Below, one piece after another: positions 24,649 to 38,131 of a DNA stretch of 64,000 nt (its first letter is position 1; every line of letters starts with the position of its first letter). The stretch is taken from contig NC_043000.1 of the NCBI RefSeq assembly GCF_006345805.1, forward strand, positions 17,174,001 through 17,238,000, in the 5' to 3' direction. The notes below the pieces were generated by a model. The model was not told where the DNA came from, searched no databases, and saw nothing but the letters and a program-made list of their open reading frames with translations. A program made the position numbers and the translations under genes. Source of the stretch: Octopus sinensis. Taxonomy: Eukaryota.

Positions 24649-25200
24649 GGAGGCGCGTGGCTTAGTGGTTAGGGTGTCAGCATCATGATCGTAAGATTGT
24701 GGTTTCGATCCCTGGATCAGGCGACGTGTTGTGTTCTTGAGCAAAACACTTTATTTCACGTTGCTCAAGTCCATTCAGCTGGCAAAAATGAGTAACGCTG
24801 CGATGGACTGGCGTCCATTCAAGCTGGTGAACACATACGCCATTGAAACCGGGAAACCGGGCCCATGAACCTGGCTAGGCTTTAAAAGGGTGCATTTGGA
24901 GGAGGCCCAGTGGTTAGGGCAGCGGACTCGCGGTCGGAGGATCGCGGTTTCGATTCCCAGACCGGGCGTTGTGTGTGTTTATTGAGCAAAACCACCTAAA
25001 AGCTCCACGAGGCTCCGGCAGGGGGTGGTGGTGACCATGTTGTATTCTATCGCCCCAACTTTCTTTCACTCTCTCTTCTTTGTTTCTTGAGTAACGCTGC
25101 GATGGATTGGCGTCCCTTCCAGCTGTGGGTGGGAACACATACGCCACAGAAACCGGGAAACCGGGCCCATGAGCTTGGCTAGGCTTAAAAAGGGTGCATA
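24649..25200 (+). mobile_element. SINE family D followed by a B-head/D-tail chimera
   Basis: Two adjacent tRNA-like heads at ~24649 and ~24898; shared tail gaaaccgggaaaccgggcccatga..ctggctaggctt. Confidence 0.7.
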
Positions 25201-25440
25201 AAAAACATAAATAATACTTGTAGCGCTTTTTCTGGTGCCCGGTCGTTATCTTTCTCTGTTGCCAGCTCGATATAGAGGAGTAACTTTGGTATGCGGACCA
25301 CATTCATTACATCAGCATAACAATAGCTTTACAGCATTAGATGTGTTGGTCTGCTGCGAGAGGTAGATATCATATATCTTCTTCTCATAGCACGCCAACA
25401 TATCTGAAATATATGTGCGTATATATTTGTATGTGAGTGT

Positions 25441-25441
25441 G

Positions 25442-25483
<42 letters not shown>

Positions 25484-25572
25484 CATACATACATATACAT
25501 ACATACATATACATACATATACATACATACATATACATACATACATATACATACATACATATACATACATAC

Positions 25573-25615
<43 letters not shown>

Positions 25616-25634
25616 CATACATATATATACATAC

Positions 25635-25709
<75 letters not shown>

Positions 25710-25711
25710 CA

Positions 25712-25763
<52 letters not shown>

Positions 25764-25776
25764 CATATATATATAC

Positions 25777-25807
<31 letters not shown>

Positions 25808-25840
25808 CCATACATATATATACATATATATACACACATA
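25441..25840. repeat. (TACA/TA)n compound microsatellite
   Basis: Direct reading. Confidence 0.92.
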
Positions 25841-26675
25841 TATATATATATTTATGTGTGTGTGTGTTTTGTGTGTCTGTATGTATGTGTATCTGCGTAT
25901 GTATATATTATACATATATATATATATATATATGTTTATATGTGTATGTGTGTGTGTATATACATATATATGCATATATACATATATATATATATAAACA
26001 TATGTATGTGCATATTGTATTGTGTATTGCGCGCGCGCGCGTGTGCGTGTGTGTTTTACTAAATCAGATTATGAACCGTTCGTTTGTTCTCGAGGGAATA
26101 TAAATGTTTGGCCATGACGTTCATAGGTGTGAATCAAAGAAAGAAAGGAAGAAGGAAAGAAAGAATGAAGGAAAAAAAGAAAGAAAGAAAGACACCCAGA
26201 TAGATTATTATGCAGGATAATATAGATGTGTCAGATCAATAAATTTTGAAATGATTCGGTCGAAATGAAAAAGATTACAAGATTATTTGGTTGATATTTA
26301 TTACAAAGCTGCGAGTGGATAGTTCGATTGCATACGAAAGAACCAGCGGAAACTAAAAGCAGAACAATGAAGTCGGCACACGAAACAGTGTTGTTGAATA
26401 ATCAACCTTTTAGATCGGTTCAAATATATTTGGGACATATTTGACCAGCAAAACCGCCATTTTCACTGTAGCTTATCTTCCAGAGAACTTTTTCTTTTAG
26501 GCAACAGATGACAAATCACCAACAGCAAATTCAGAACGCCTCCGATAAACTGATGAATGCATTTCAAGCTCCTTAGCTATCGTCAGCACCAAGCGGGTCA
26601 ACCCTTAAATGACTTTGGAAGAAGAATATTACTAAGGCTTGATGGGCCAAATACAAAAGTGATAGCCTTAACAGG

Positions 26676-27059
26676 TGGAAGCACTCCGTCGGTTACGACG
26701 ACGAGGGTTCCGGTTGATCCGATCAACGGAACAGCCTGCTCGTGAAATTAACATGTAAGTGGCTGAGCACTCCACAGACACGTGTACCCTTAACGTAGTT
26801 CTCGGGGATATTCAGCGTGACACAGAGAGTGACAAGGCCGGCCCTTTGAAATGCAGGTACAGCAGAAACAGGAAGTAAGAGTGAGAGAAAGTTGTGGTGA
26901 AAGAGTTCAGCAGGGATCACCACCATCCCCTGCCGGAGCCTCGTGGAGCTTTTAGGTGTTTTCGCTCAATAAACACTCACAACGCCCGGTCTGGGAATCG
27001 AAACCGCAATCCTATGACCGCGAGTCCGCTGCCCTAACCACTGGGCCATTGTGCCTCCA
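26676..27059 (-). mobile_element. tRNA-derived SINE family B
   Basis: Near-identical to 29547, 51184, 58979, 61060 copies. Confidence 0.9.
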
Positions 27060-27789
27060 CACGATTGAAAGTGACATTGTTACAAATTGATATTTAAAAA
27101 TGTGGGATATAGTTCGGCTGATGATGAAGATTGAGTAAGCAGAGTCTTTCTGAAGACTTACAGCTCAGTGATAAAACGGACATGGCTCCTCGATGACATT
27201 GCCATGCAAAAGATTAAAAATCCTTGGTCTAGTAATGCAATTGAGACACTCTGTCTGTTTCGAGATAAACTCCACAGGTATGCTGTCTCCAAGTTAATTT
27301 GCTGAAAGATAGGTGAACGTGTCAACATAACCTGAAAGGTGATCTTGGGTGGATGGGACTGCTCTGAATGAATGTTTATACATCGTAGACTGAGAAGGAA
27401 CTTGCTTGTGGTAATCGGAGTAGATTGACATTTTTATGTGAGCTTTCCTTAATTGGCCCTACGTAGCTGTCTTCGTTTTGGAACACATAAACACGCGCGT
27501 GCGCATGCAGACACACACACACACACACACACGCGCGCGCGCGCATACACGCACACACACATAAACATGTATGTTTTTCTACATTCCTTACGAGAAAAAT
27601 GCCCCCTACCGTCCAATGGACGGTGCCGAGTTGTCAAACATTTAAACCAAATTTTCTCAAAACAACTTGTCCGACCGTCCCATTGACCTCCCCTTTGAGA
27701 AACACTGACTTAATCTAAATTTGAGACGCCAGCAAAAGAAGAAATAAAGATAGACTTTTTTCTATTCCAAAGAATAACGATTTTATTCA

Positions 27790-28046
27790 CACAAATATGC
27801 AACCGAAGAGTTTAAAGTACCAGTAAGTACATCGCAACAGCTGATGTACTTGCGCGTACAAATGCACGTTCCCACGGCTTTAACGATCGCATTCTCACCT
27901 GGAATCGATTTTTGTAATTTTTTCAAGACTGATACCCCTGATACCGTCAGTATTTACATATCAAATTTGAGCGCAATCGGATGGAGGATGCCCGAGATCC
28001 TAGAAGACACACACACAGACAGACAGAACGGATTTTATATAATAGA
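27790..28046 (-). mobile_element. Helitron-like non-autonomous element, 5' part
   Basis: Minus strand starts TCtattatataaaatccg..(tgtc)n and contains atccgattgcgctcaaattt; 3' CTAG end not found. Confidence 0.45.
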
Positions 28047-28539
28047 TTTTTTTTATTTGATTGTTTGCCTTCATTTTTTGTATCTTTCAGTCCGGAAAGA
28101 AGACAGTGTTCATGACCATTTAAAGAGTTTCTCAGGCTGATTGGAAAGAGGGAATGTGGAGGAAGGTATCCTCTGTTCAGAGAGTCGGCCTGAATGTTTG
28201 GAACACACTGGAGTCCGCTAAAGGTACTCAAAATGTCAGGTGATGGTGTTACACCGGGACATGGATCACGTCAACAACTCAAAGTAAGCAAGGTTGTGAT
28301 TTGATCTCAGAATGCAGAACCTGAACAACTACCACAAGGCACCCAACCTGACGTCCTTACAGCTTCGCCAATCCACCACTCTGGATTAATATTTTTTATC
28401 GACCCCAAAACAATGAAAGGTATAGTTGAAACCGTCGAGATTTCAACTCAGGGCCTTTTCCTAACATATCCAATGTATGTCAGGTCAGGTATGGGGGCAT
28501 GCGCCGTAGCAGCGAGTCGCTGTATTTACCATTTATCGA

Positions 28540-28870
28540 TATCTGCTCAGCTTGTCCCGGGCAACCCCACGAGTAATATCCTAGCCAGTTCCCATCTCCG
28601 TAAAATCCTTCCACGTCTGCCGTGATTATGAAGCGTGGTACCGACAAACACGAGCTGTTACGCCAGCAGGTTCCTCAGAGAATAGAACTTGATACGCAGA
28701 ATCTTCCTCTCAAAATCGAGCTGACGCTCCAGAAGCATACAATTAACAAGACGCATCTTAGTCTCTGAGTATAGTCGTTGGTTGGATACGAAATCTAAAC
28801 CAATGGTAACCCATAATCCTGCTAAGCGTCCTGGTACTATGGGAGTTCAGGAGGCTCCTAATGCATGTTC
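28540..28870 (-). pseudogene. Decayed LINE (RTE-like) remnant
   Basis: SETKMRLVNCMLL..FERKILRI resembles post-RT TKxxL...FExxxxRRIL motifs. Confidence 0.35.
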
Positions 28871-29111
28871 CTACCGTTTTTCTTTTTTGTAGCTTGTTCT
28901 TATATCGTTCTGTAGCAATATATGAAGTATTATTTATTTATTTATTTATTTGCAAGGACGGTGGATTGGCAGATTGTAAGCTCTTTACCTTCTGAGTCCC
29001 GTTTCCTTCTTATCCCTCCGAAGTCGATCAAATAAAGTGCTAATCAAGGACTGGGGTCAATGTTATCAATGATTCCATTCCCCTCAAAGTTGTTGGTCTT
29101 ATACAAAAACG

Positions 29112-29142
<31 letters not shown>

Positions 29143-29308
29143 AAATATATACATACTCTTGCAAGTACACACACAAAACGCATATACACGCACATATGTG
29201 TTGGTATTACGTGCATGCTAAGCCTAAATTATTGTAAAGAGAAAAAAATAAATGTTAAAATATAACAGTCCACTGGAGGACATATTCCTCTTCATACCTA
29301 AAAGTTTT

Positions 29309-29393
29309 TGACTCTACTACTGACTCATTAACGCTGCCACGCTAACTTGACTCTACTACTGACTCATTAACGCTGCCACGCTAACTTGACTCT
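29309..29393. repeat. 39-bp tandem duplication
   Basis: tgactctactactgactcattaacgctgccacgctaact twice plus a partial third copy. Confidence 0.85.
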
Positions 29394-29546
29394 GTCTGGA
29401 CTCGCTGTCAGTCTTCTTACTCATTCCTGTCGGCTGAGGGTGATAGAATACCGTCAAGTATTTTGTCTACGGACAAAACGTGCCTCCTGGACAGGAGATC
29501 GAATCCACAACTTTATACAACTGAGATCCCATTTGCGTAACTAATA

Positions 29547-29936
29547 GTGTTGTTGGAAGCACTCCGTCGGTTACGACGACGAGGGTTCCGGTTGACCCGA
29601 ATCAACGGAACAGCCTGCTCGTGAAATTAACGTGTAAGTGGCTGAGCACTCCACAGACACGTGTACCCTTAACGTAGTTCTCGGGGATATTCAGCGTGAC
29701 ACAGAGAGTGACAAAGCTGGCCCTTTGAAATACAGGTACAACAGAAACAGGAAGTAAGAGTGAGAGAAAGTTGTGGTGAAAGAGTACAGCAGGGATCACC
29801 ACCATCCCCTGCCGGAGCCTCGTGGAGCTTTAGGTGTTTTCGCTCAATAAACACTCACAACGCCCGGTCTGGGAATCGAAACCGCGATCCTATGACCGCG
29901 AGTCCGCTGCCCTAACCACTGGGCCATTGCGCCTCC
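29547..29936 (-). mobile_element. SINE family B with 13-bp TSD
   Basis: TSD TGCGTAACTAATA at 29534-29546 and 29937-29949. Confidence 0.93.
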
Positions 29937-30012
29937 TGCGTAACTAATACAAGCGTATTCGGCTCATCATTAAGTTAAAATTAAAACAAAGCTGTAAAAT
30001 GACTATTTATTA

Positions 30013-30225
30013 TAAGGCGGCGAGCTGACAGAATCGTTAGCACTCCGGGGAAAATGCTTAGAGACATTTCGTTCGTATTCACGTTCTGGATTTAAATTCC
30101 GCCGAGGTCGACTTTGCCATTCCTCTTCGGAGTCGATCAAATAAGTACCAGTTTAGCGCTAGGGTAGATGTAATCGACTTATCTCCCGCCCCGAAATTAC
30201 TGGCCTTGTGCCAAAATTTGAAACC
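30013..30225 (+). mobile_element. SINE family C
   Basis: taaggcggcgagctgacagaatcgttagc...gccaaaatttgaaacc. Confidence 0.8.
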
Positions 30226-30818
30226 ACTATTACTATAATTACTACATTGCATAATTAATATGCATAATTATTCGGTTACGTACGAATAGTTATTCAGTTA
30301 CATATCTCTTTCAACTAACTGGGAAAACGAGTTTGTTATAAGTTAACAAAAATCGGCTTTCAAAATCCCGAGGCGCTTGGGAAAATTCATTTAAATGAAA
30401 GGGGGCTTCGATAGTGAAAAGACTGGGAATTATTATTTTTAGAGTAAGGTCTGCTGAAGGTATTAATCAATAACTTGGGAAGTTACCCCTGGACGTCACG
30501 TCATATGCTTGGGATCTTCCAACAACAAAACCTGATAAATTGTTTGGCGATTTTATCAAAAGAAAATTAAATGGTAGAAATAAAACAACATAAAGTAAAA
30601 TAAATAAATAAACTCATAGTGTTACGAAAGTATTTTGATGACATAAAGCCGAGAAAAAAGATGTTTTAGGAAGGATAATGAATGTTTTTTCGGCTTCAGT
30701 TAATTTGATCGTATTTCATAATTTATTGGCAGAAAATTCGTTATATTTACGTAAGATCATACCTATCCTTCACGTAGTATTTGTATATGTGTTGAGATCA
30801 TCACCAGTGATGTGTATA

Positions 30819-30873
<55 letters not shown>

Positions 30874-30976
30874 CTCCATCCATCCATCCATCCATCCATC
30901 CATCCATCCATCCATCCATCCATCCATCCATCTCCCTCTTTCTCCTAATATATTATATAATATATTATGTGAAGCT

Positions 30977-31185
30977 AAGGCGGCGAGGAGCTGGCAGAAT
31001 CGTTAGCACGCCGGGCAAAACGCTTAGCGGCGTTTCGACCGTCTTTACGTTCTGAGTTCAAATTCTGTCGCGGTCGACTTTAACTTTCATCCATTCGGAG
31101 TCGATAAAATAAGTACCAGTTGATCACTGGGGTCGATTTAATTGACTTATCTCCGTACCCGAAATTTCAAGCTTTGTACATATAG
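30977..31185 (+). mobile_element. SINE family C
   Basis: taaggcggcgaggagctggcagaatcgttagc... Confidence 0.8.
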
Positions 31186-31189
31186 TAAT

Positions 31190-31430
31190 AGTGGAGGCAC
31201 ATGGCCTAGTGGTTAGAGTAGCGGACTCGCGGTCGAGGTATCGCGGGTTCGAATCTCAGACCGGGCGATGTGTGTGTTTATGAGCGAAACACCTAAGCTT
31301 CACGCGGCTCCGGCAGAAGGTAATGGCGAACCTCTGCTGACTCTTTCGCCACAACTTTCTCTCACTCTTTCCTCCTGCATCTTGCAGCTCACCTGCGACG
31401 GACCGGCGTCCCGTCCAGGTGGGGAACGAG
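31190..31430 (+). mobile_element. SINE family B-related subfamily, partial
   Basis: gtggaggcacatggcctagtggttag...caactttctctcactctt. Confidence 0.7.
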
Positions 31431-31484
31431 AAGGAACAAACAACAACATATTGTAATAAGTATTTAATTATGTGACGGTATGTG

Positions 31485-31710
31485 ACGGTGTGTGGTCTAG
31501 TGGTTAGAGTATTACAATCACGATCGAAAGATCAGAGTTTCGATTCCGGGATCAGGTAGTGCGTTGTATTCTTGAGCAAAACACTTCGTTTCATGTTATT
31601 CTAGTTGACTTGACTATAAATGAGTAATCCTGCGAAGGACTGGCATCTATTTCAGGGTCTATGTTGTGATCTCGGCCACTTATACGCCATGGAAACCGAG
31701 TAACCAGTCC
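31485..31710 (+). mobile_element. SINE family D, diverged
   Basis: tggtctagtggttagag...cttgagcaaaacacttcgtttcatg. Confidence 0.65.
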
Positions 31711-31794
31711 CGCGAATTCTAGTTTTCATTTTCGTTCTGGGATAATGTCGCTAAGTAGTCTTGTGTTGGCTGTCTTTATAATGTACAATGTATA

Positions 31795-32188
31795 TCTTTA
31801 TATATAAAAGTCAAGTTTGTGTCTGTCTCCTACGATTTAGATTCCTAACTACTCCCACATTTTGCGGTGCAGTTTAACCAAAACCGGGTATCTTATAGTC
31901 GTGATTCATATCGAGCCCTTCTGGGTATTAGCGCGCGTCTACGATGAGTCTACGATTAAAAAAAAAAATTTACCATAATTTTTTTCCATTTTAATGCATT
32001 TTTTCGCTATTATATAAGATAAGTAACTCTCTAAAAATGTCTACGATGAGTCAACAATTTTAAAAAATTACCATAATTTTTTTCCATTTTTAATGCATTT
32101 TTTTTCTATTTTTTGGCTATAACTCTCTAAAAATGCTTATATAGTTATTTCCCTTACAAACCCGAGCAACGCCGGGCGATACTGCTAG
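31795..32188 (+). mobile_element. Non-autonomous Helitron-like element
   Basis: 5' TC, 3' hairpin plus CTAG, A/T insertion site. Confidence 0.78.
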
Positions 32189-33178
32189 TTTACAATGTAT
32201 TTACAATATCTGCAGATTTAATACGTTTAGATTTCTTCTATCTACTATCTCCGATAGTCACCATGTATCTTATAGCAATGTATATGGTTCTGGCTGGATT
32301 CGAACTGAGAATGTTTACTTCTAAACCAAGGCTCCTAATTCAAGTCTACTCATAGTCCAGTTAAAAATTAAACCCCTGATGACAATCGGAATTCGAAGCG
32401 ATCGATACTTATTATAGAAATAAATATTGTAAATATCTGATTTAAAAGTGATTAATTCTCGCGAAAATACGAACATAATGATCTTGATTAAATTATAATC
32501 TTAATTAAATTATAATTTTAATTCAATTATTTCGTTCTTTGTACTTAATTTTTCTATATAGAGTTCGGCTTTCTGAGGCTTGTGCATGTACAATATTATA
32601 CAAAAGATTTGAAATACGTCCTTATGGTATCTCTACAATGGATCAGTACACTCAGTACGTTAATCTGCACTTAATATATATTCTTCGTGCATAAGGAGCC
32701 ATTGTAGAATTTTCTAAGGACATAATTTTAAATTACCTTATACTCTAAAAGTTGTTTTAAGGCCTGGTTTTAAGCGCCACGCTATGCTTCGCTGAGGAAA
32801 TCTAGTAAGACCGAAATTTGTTAGAGTTATTAGTAACAAAAATAAGATTATCTTCCTATTACATATTTCCATTTAATCGTTAATCAATTCAAATTTCGGA
32901 GTTTTCTCCCTTGCTCCACTTGAGAAGAATACTCATTAACGCTAATAGTTTTTCTTATAACGAATATAAATCCATTGATTAAAAAAAAAGAAATTCTCTT
33001 GATCTCACTACATTTAGTATATTATACAATGCTTAACTATATATTCGTCATATAGAAGATATTCTTAGGAAATTTTCCATTGTTTTCAAATGAAATGAAA
33101 CATTATATTCTATCAGGTCCTCACTTTGTTGCCTTTGTAAACAGACATAGATATAAACGTCTGTGCGTATGTATATCC

Positions 33179-33212
<34 letters not shown>

Positions 33213-33260
33213 ATATGTGCGTGTGTACATATATATATATATAAATGCATATATACATAC

Positions 33261-33331
<71 letters not shown>

Positions 33332-33347
33332 TATATATATATATATA

Positions 33348-33785
33348 TTTATATTATATAGAGGGTACTATTATTCATAGGTACCGCACGCTAGGAGGGA
33401 CTTTTGCTGTCAAAACTGCGGCGAATTCTACGGCTGGTTGTCGGGTATGTAATGTTGTGTTTTTTCTTATATGTCTTGAGTTCGTTGCACTGAAGAGCAT
33501 AGAATGCATATTCTGCATTGATTGCGAAATCACAGGTGATATGTAACTAAATTCTGTTTTTAAATGACTTGCTTTGAAGTTTTGCATTCGGTATAATTTG
33601 TTTATTTCAGTAGTTTTGACTGCAAAAGTCCCTGCTAGCGTGCGGTACCTATGAATAATAGTACCCTCTATATAATATAAATAAATATTTTCAAAGTTGA
33701 AAAATTTACAGATTTTTTCTCTTACGAGGTTTTTCACGCTAACTACTGATAATTTCTTATAAAGATTTTATCCTTATTTTTAAAT
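33348..33785 (+). mobile_element. Penelope/retrozyme-like mini-element with inverted segment, in (TA)n
   Basis: 70-bp inverted repeat 33348-33417/33612-33681 enclosing a hammerhead motif; (TA)n on both sides. Confidence 0.75.
33484..33547 (+). ncRNA. Type I hammerhead ribozyme, canonical core
   Basis: GTTGCA-CTGAAGA-GCA...TGC-GAAA-TCAC-AG-GTGA-TA^TGTAAC; 6-bp stem I; predicted cleavage 33541/33542. Confidence 0.8.
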
Positions 33786-33787
33786 AT

Positions 33788-33834
<47 letters not shown>

Positions 33835-34631
33835 TATATATATATGTATACATACACTCATGCATAACACAAACATACAATAGTCATTGTATATACATAT
33901 ATATGCGTATACGACATATGCATATATGTATAGGTATGCGTATGTATGTGTGTGTGTGTCTGCGAATGTGTACGTGCGTGTGTGTGTATTTTCGGATTGC
34001 AATCGATAGAAAAGTACTTAATAAGTGTAATAGGAGGAAAAGCTGAAAATTCACTCCATCGCTTCTCAGATTTTCTCCCTATATGCGATTATGTTGACAA
34101 CAAAAGGATTACTGAAGGTACTTCAGAAAGGCCAATGAAGAATATGGATAAGGATGGAATCGATTTTCATATATTTATGGCTATCAGGTCAGACGCTACA
34201 ATTTGCCCCAGAGGGGTAGAACTCTTTGTGAGAGGCCAGAAAGTTACTAGTAGAAAATGTAGAGAATTGAAGCCGAATGATCTAAAACAAGAAGGAACCC
34301 TTCTTGTTTGGAGATATCTTAATAAGAATTTTACTTCGTAGCAACATGACAACAGCATTTCTGATTTATTATTCAATGATTTTGGTTGCCATGTCAGAAT
34401 ACGTTCCCGAAACGTAACGGTTCGGCAAAAAGTGAACGATGGAATATGTGCCAGGCTGCAAAAAAGGGAAAAGCAAATTATCATTGCGATCGATTTATTT
34501 GATTAAAATCATCCTTCAAGGTTGGTGCTCCAGTATGGCCCCAGGTTATGACTGAAACAAGTAAAAGATAAAAATATGCAGAGGTCCATTTACGTGTAGG
34601 AAATAGTTAAACTGTCGTCTGTGTCAAAACT

Positions 34632-35056
34632 ACATACATACATGCATGCATACATACATACATACATAATATATACATACATACATACATACATACATAC
34701 ATACATACATACATACATACACACACATACATACATACATACATACATACATACATACATACATACATACATACATACATACATTACATTCATACATACA
34801 TACATACATGCACACATACACACATTCATACATACATACATACATACATACATACATACATGCACACATACATACATACATACATATATACATACATACA
34901 TACATACATACATGCACACATACACACATACATACATAAAACATACATACATACATACATACATACATACATACATACATACATACATACACACATACAT
35001 ACATACATACATACATACATACATACATACATACATACATACATACATACATACAT
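34632..35056. repeat. (CATA)n array abutting the RTE 3' end
   Basis: Direct reading. Confidence 0.93.
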
Positions 35057-35057
35057 T

Positions 35058-37063
35058 ATGGCTGCCCCCCTTGTTATCGAGTATGGCCATTGCACGAAGC
35101 TTAACTGTTATTGGTGCTGTGATCGAATGTGATTTTTTAGCCCAGCTATAGATCTACAATGTCTTGTACAGAATTGGCAACTAATACCTTTACTGGTAAT
35201 AGCCGGCTGTAGTTGTAACTGGGCTTCATGTACCTTTGCATGTCGTTTAAGTCCTCCTGCCGAATTACACTCTCTTCCACATGCTCGACAGATATGATTA
35301 GTATGGTGTGTTACACCACCACCAGTGGCCACTCATCTGTCTCGTTTTATGACTACGAAGATGACTCATGAGTCCAGCTTTACTGAGGCAGGGTCTTGCA
35401 CAGACATTGCATGTTAGAATCAAACGAAGACCCTTCCCTTCTGGAAGTGTAACAGCGATGCCCTTCTTGACATCCCTCCTTACTTTCTCATGTGCAACTC
35501 GAGATTTCTCAAACGTGGCTGTCCCCTCATTCACAATCCTTCTCCACCTGCTACGATCAATATCTATGCCTTCCCATGTGTCAGGAGAGCTGCAAGCATC
35601 TCTTAAGGAAGCCTTCAGCAAGTCCTTATACCTCTTTTTTGGTTTATGTGGAGGTCGTTCTCCTTTAGCTAACTCTCCATAAAAGAGTTGTTTTGGCATC
35701 CTTGAATCCTTCATTCTGACCAGATGACCACTCCACCTGAGCCTTCTATACTTACACACCGAAAGCCTTCGAGTATTTCAAGATCACTGATGCGGTCCTT
35801 CCACTTAATGCTATAGATCCGTCTGAGGCACATCTGATGGAAACGTTCCAGATGTTTAAGGTGGTATCGATATGTGACCCACGTCTCGCAGGCATAGAGA
35901 AGAGAAGGGAGCACACATGCCTTGTACACCTTTATCTTTGTCTTTCTGCATATGTCTCGCCGACTCCAGAAGCGCTTCTCTAGCCTTCCGAAAGCAACAC
36001 TTGCTTTCCTAATTCTATATGGAACTTCATCATCCACATTGCCATATCTATTAATAGTGCTTCCCAGGTAGACAAACTGATCGACTACATCAAGTCGTTT
36101 ACCATTCACATAGATATTTGGTACACTATACTGCTTACCAGGGGCAGGTTGATGCATGACAACAGTTTTCTTGAGATTGACTGTCAATCCTAAGGCAGTG
36201 CAAGCATCAGAGAATGCATTCAAAATGTGTTGCATATCAATCTCTGTGTGTGCTACTAGCTCACAATCATCAGCATACAAAAGGTCTCTTATGATAGAGG
36301 TAAATATCGTTGTTTTTGCAGCAAGGCGCCTGATATTAAATATGCTGCCAGAGGTTCGATAATGGACATAAACACCGTATCTGCAGTTTCTGAATGCAAT
36401 ACAGAACACCATCGCGAAATATATGGAAAATAGGGTCGGTGCCAGAATATCCCCCTGTTTCACTCCATTTTGTATTGAAATGGGCTCCGACATCTTCCCT
36501 CTAACATTCACTCTACCATTCATGTCTTCATGAAAATACCTAACCAAAGCAAGGAACTTTTCAGGACACCCAAGTTTCTGGAGGACTTTCCACAATGCTT
36601 TTCTATTGACGGTATCAAAGGCTTTTGTCAGATCGACAAAAACCTGATACAAATCCAGACCCTGTTCCACACACTTTTCCTGAAGCTGTCTAGCTGAAAA
36701 GATCATATCAGCAGTGCCGCGTCCCACACGAAAGCCAGATTGACTTACTGGAAGTACACAATCTGCAATGTATTTCAGCAGACGATCCAGAGGTATCCTG
36801 CATAAAACCTTTCCTACAGCAGACAGCAGTGATATTCCCCTATAATTACTACAATCATTCCTGTTGCTCTTTCCCTTATACAGGACCACCATTACTGCAT
36901 CTCTCCAGTCCTCAGGTACAGATTCACTAGTCCATACCTCACCAAACAAAGAGTGAAGTTTCTGCAGAATTTTCTCACCACCATGCTGTAACAACTCCGC
37001 ATGTATGCCATCCATACCCGGAGACTTCCCATTATTCAGCCTTGTGACAGCCAACTTTGGTGA
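35058..37063 (-). mobile_element. 5'-truncated RTE-clade LINE
   Basis: GKSPGMDGIHAE, YRGISLLS, FVDLTKAFDTV, GVKQGDILAPTLF, LLYADD, LLYACETW, LRWSGHLVRM; no APE domain retained. Confidence 0.93.
35108..37063 (-). pseudogene. Reverse transcriptase ORF with two frameshifts and three C-terminal C2H2 fingers
   Basis: ORF track segments 35711-37102, 35298-35759, 35108-35332. Confidence 0.88.
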
Positions 37064-37689
37064 CATACATACATACATACATACATACATGCATACAAGC
37101 AAAAGTACCTTGTTATTGATGTTGACGAAAGAGAATCTATCTTTCTGACTACTACCTTCGTAAAGACAAAAGCGTGCTTATACTGTCTCCTTCATAAGCC
37201 CGTCCTCCAAGCGTTCAGAATAATTTTTCCATTCATCTGGCTTGCCACCCCTCAACATTTGTTTTTACTGTTTTGTTCTCACTGTCCTGTTCTTGTTACC
37301 ACTTTCACCCTCTGCAAAATATCCCAAATTTTATTTAATTTGCTTTGCGAGAAGGAATGTTTCAACGAAGTCACGTCTTGTCCTTACCTTCGAAAAGTGG
37401 AATAGATGAAACAGGGGACAACTGAAAAAGGGAAATATTCTTTGTTGTATGTCTCATTTCTCTGTTTTTTTTTCGCTGTTCCAAAAAAAGTTCGTTTCTA
37501 TGTTTTTGTTTTTATGTTTTCGTTTCTCATTGTGTTCAACGTTTTTTTGATGTCCTATGCCCATATATGCATGTATATATACATATATATGTAGGTATGT
37601 ACATATATGTATGTATATATGCATATATTTATATATTATTTATATTATTATATGATTGAACGCCACGCATCCTTTTCCAAGTATGTTTT

Positions 37690-37830
37690 TATGTATATAC
37701 GAATGGCTGTGTGGTTCCGGGTTCAGTCCCAATGCGTGGCACCTTGGACAAGTTTCTTCTACTATAGCCTCGGGCCAACCAAAGCCCCGTGAGTGGATTT
37801 GTAGAAGGAAACTGGGAGAAGCTCGTCGTA
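37690..37830 (+). mobile_element. SINE family A, 5' half (probable 3' half at 39045-39240)
   Basis: ggttccgggttcagtccc...gagaagctcgtcgtat. Confidence 0.75.
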
Positions 37831-37963
37831 TATATATATATATATATATATACATATATAAAGTTAATCCAAACATGAAAATACAAAGAGAAAACACAAC
37901 AACGCGAGGACGTGGAACAAGTATAGTATTATTGGACGCTCAGGAAAGAAGGAAAGAAGGAGG

Positions 37964-37998
37964 GTTTAACGTTTCGAGCGGAGCTCTTCGTCAGAAAC
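37964..37998 (-). ncRNA. Minimal type I hammerhead motif
   Basis: GTTT-CTGACGA-a-GAGC-tcc-GCTC-GAAAC-GTT^AAAC, within a ~37860-38050 element flanked by microsatellites. Confidence 0.62.
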
Positions 37999-38097
37999 AT
38001 AGGAAAAGGAAAGATCCAAAGAAGGGAAGACGGAGGAAAAAAAATTGCCAACACGCGGTCACACACACACACTCACACACACACACACACACACACA

Positions 38098-38131
<34 letters not shown>

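Noticed and set aside
27608-27708. 8-bp-arm palindrome and GAGAAACACTG hAT-like end (similar single ends at ~8455, 13845, 48960, 61035)
   Set aside because: Only one terminus found in each case; cannot delimit elements.
32370-32830. CTGATGA...GAAG (~32376) and CTGAGGA...GAAA (~32790) hammerhead-like cores
   Set aside because: No convincing stem I or stem III; at most heavily decayed copies.
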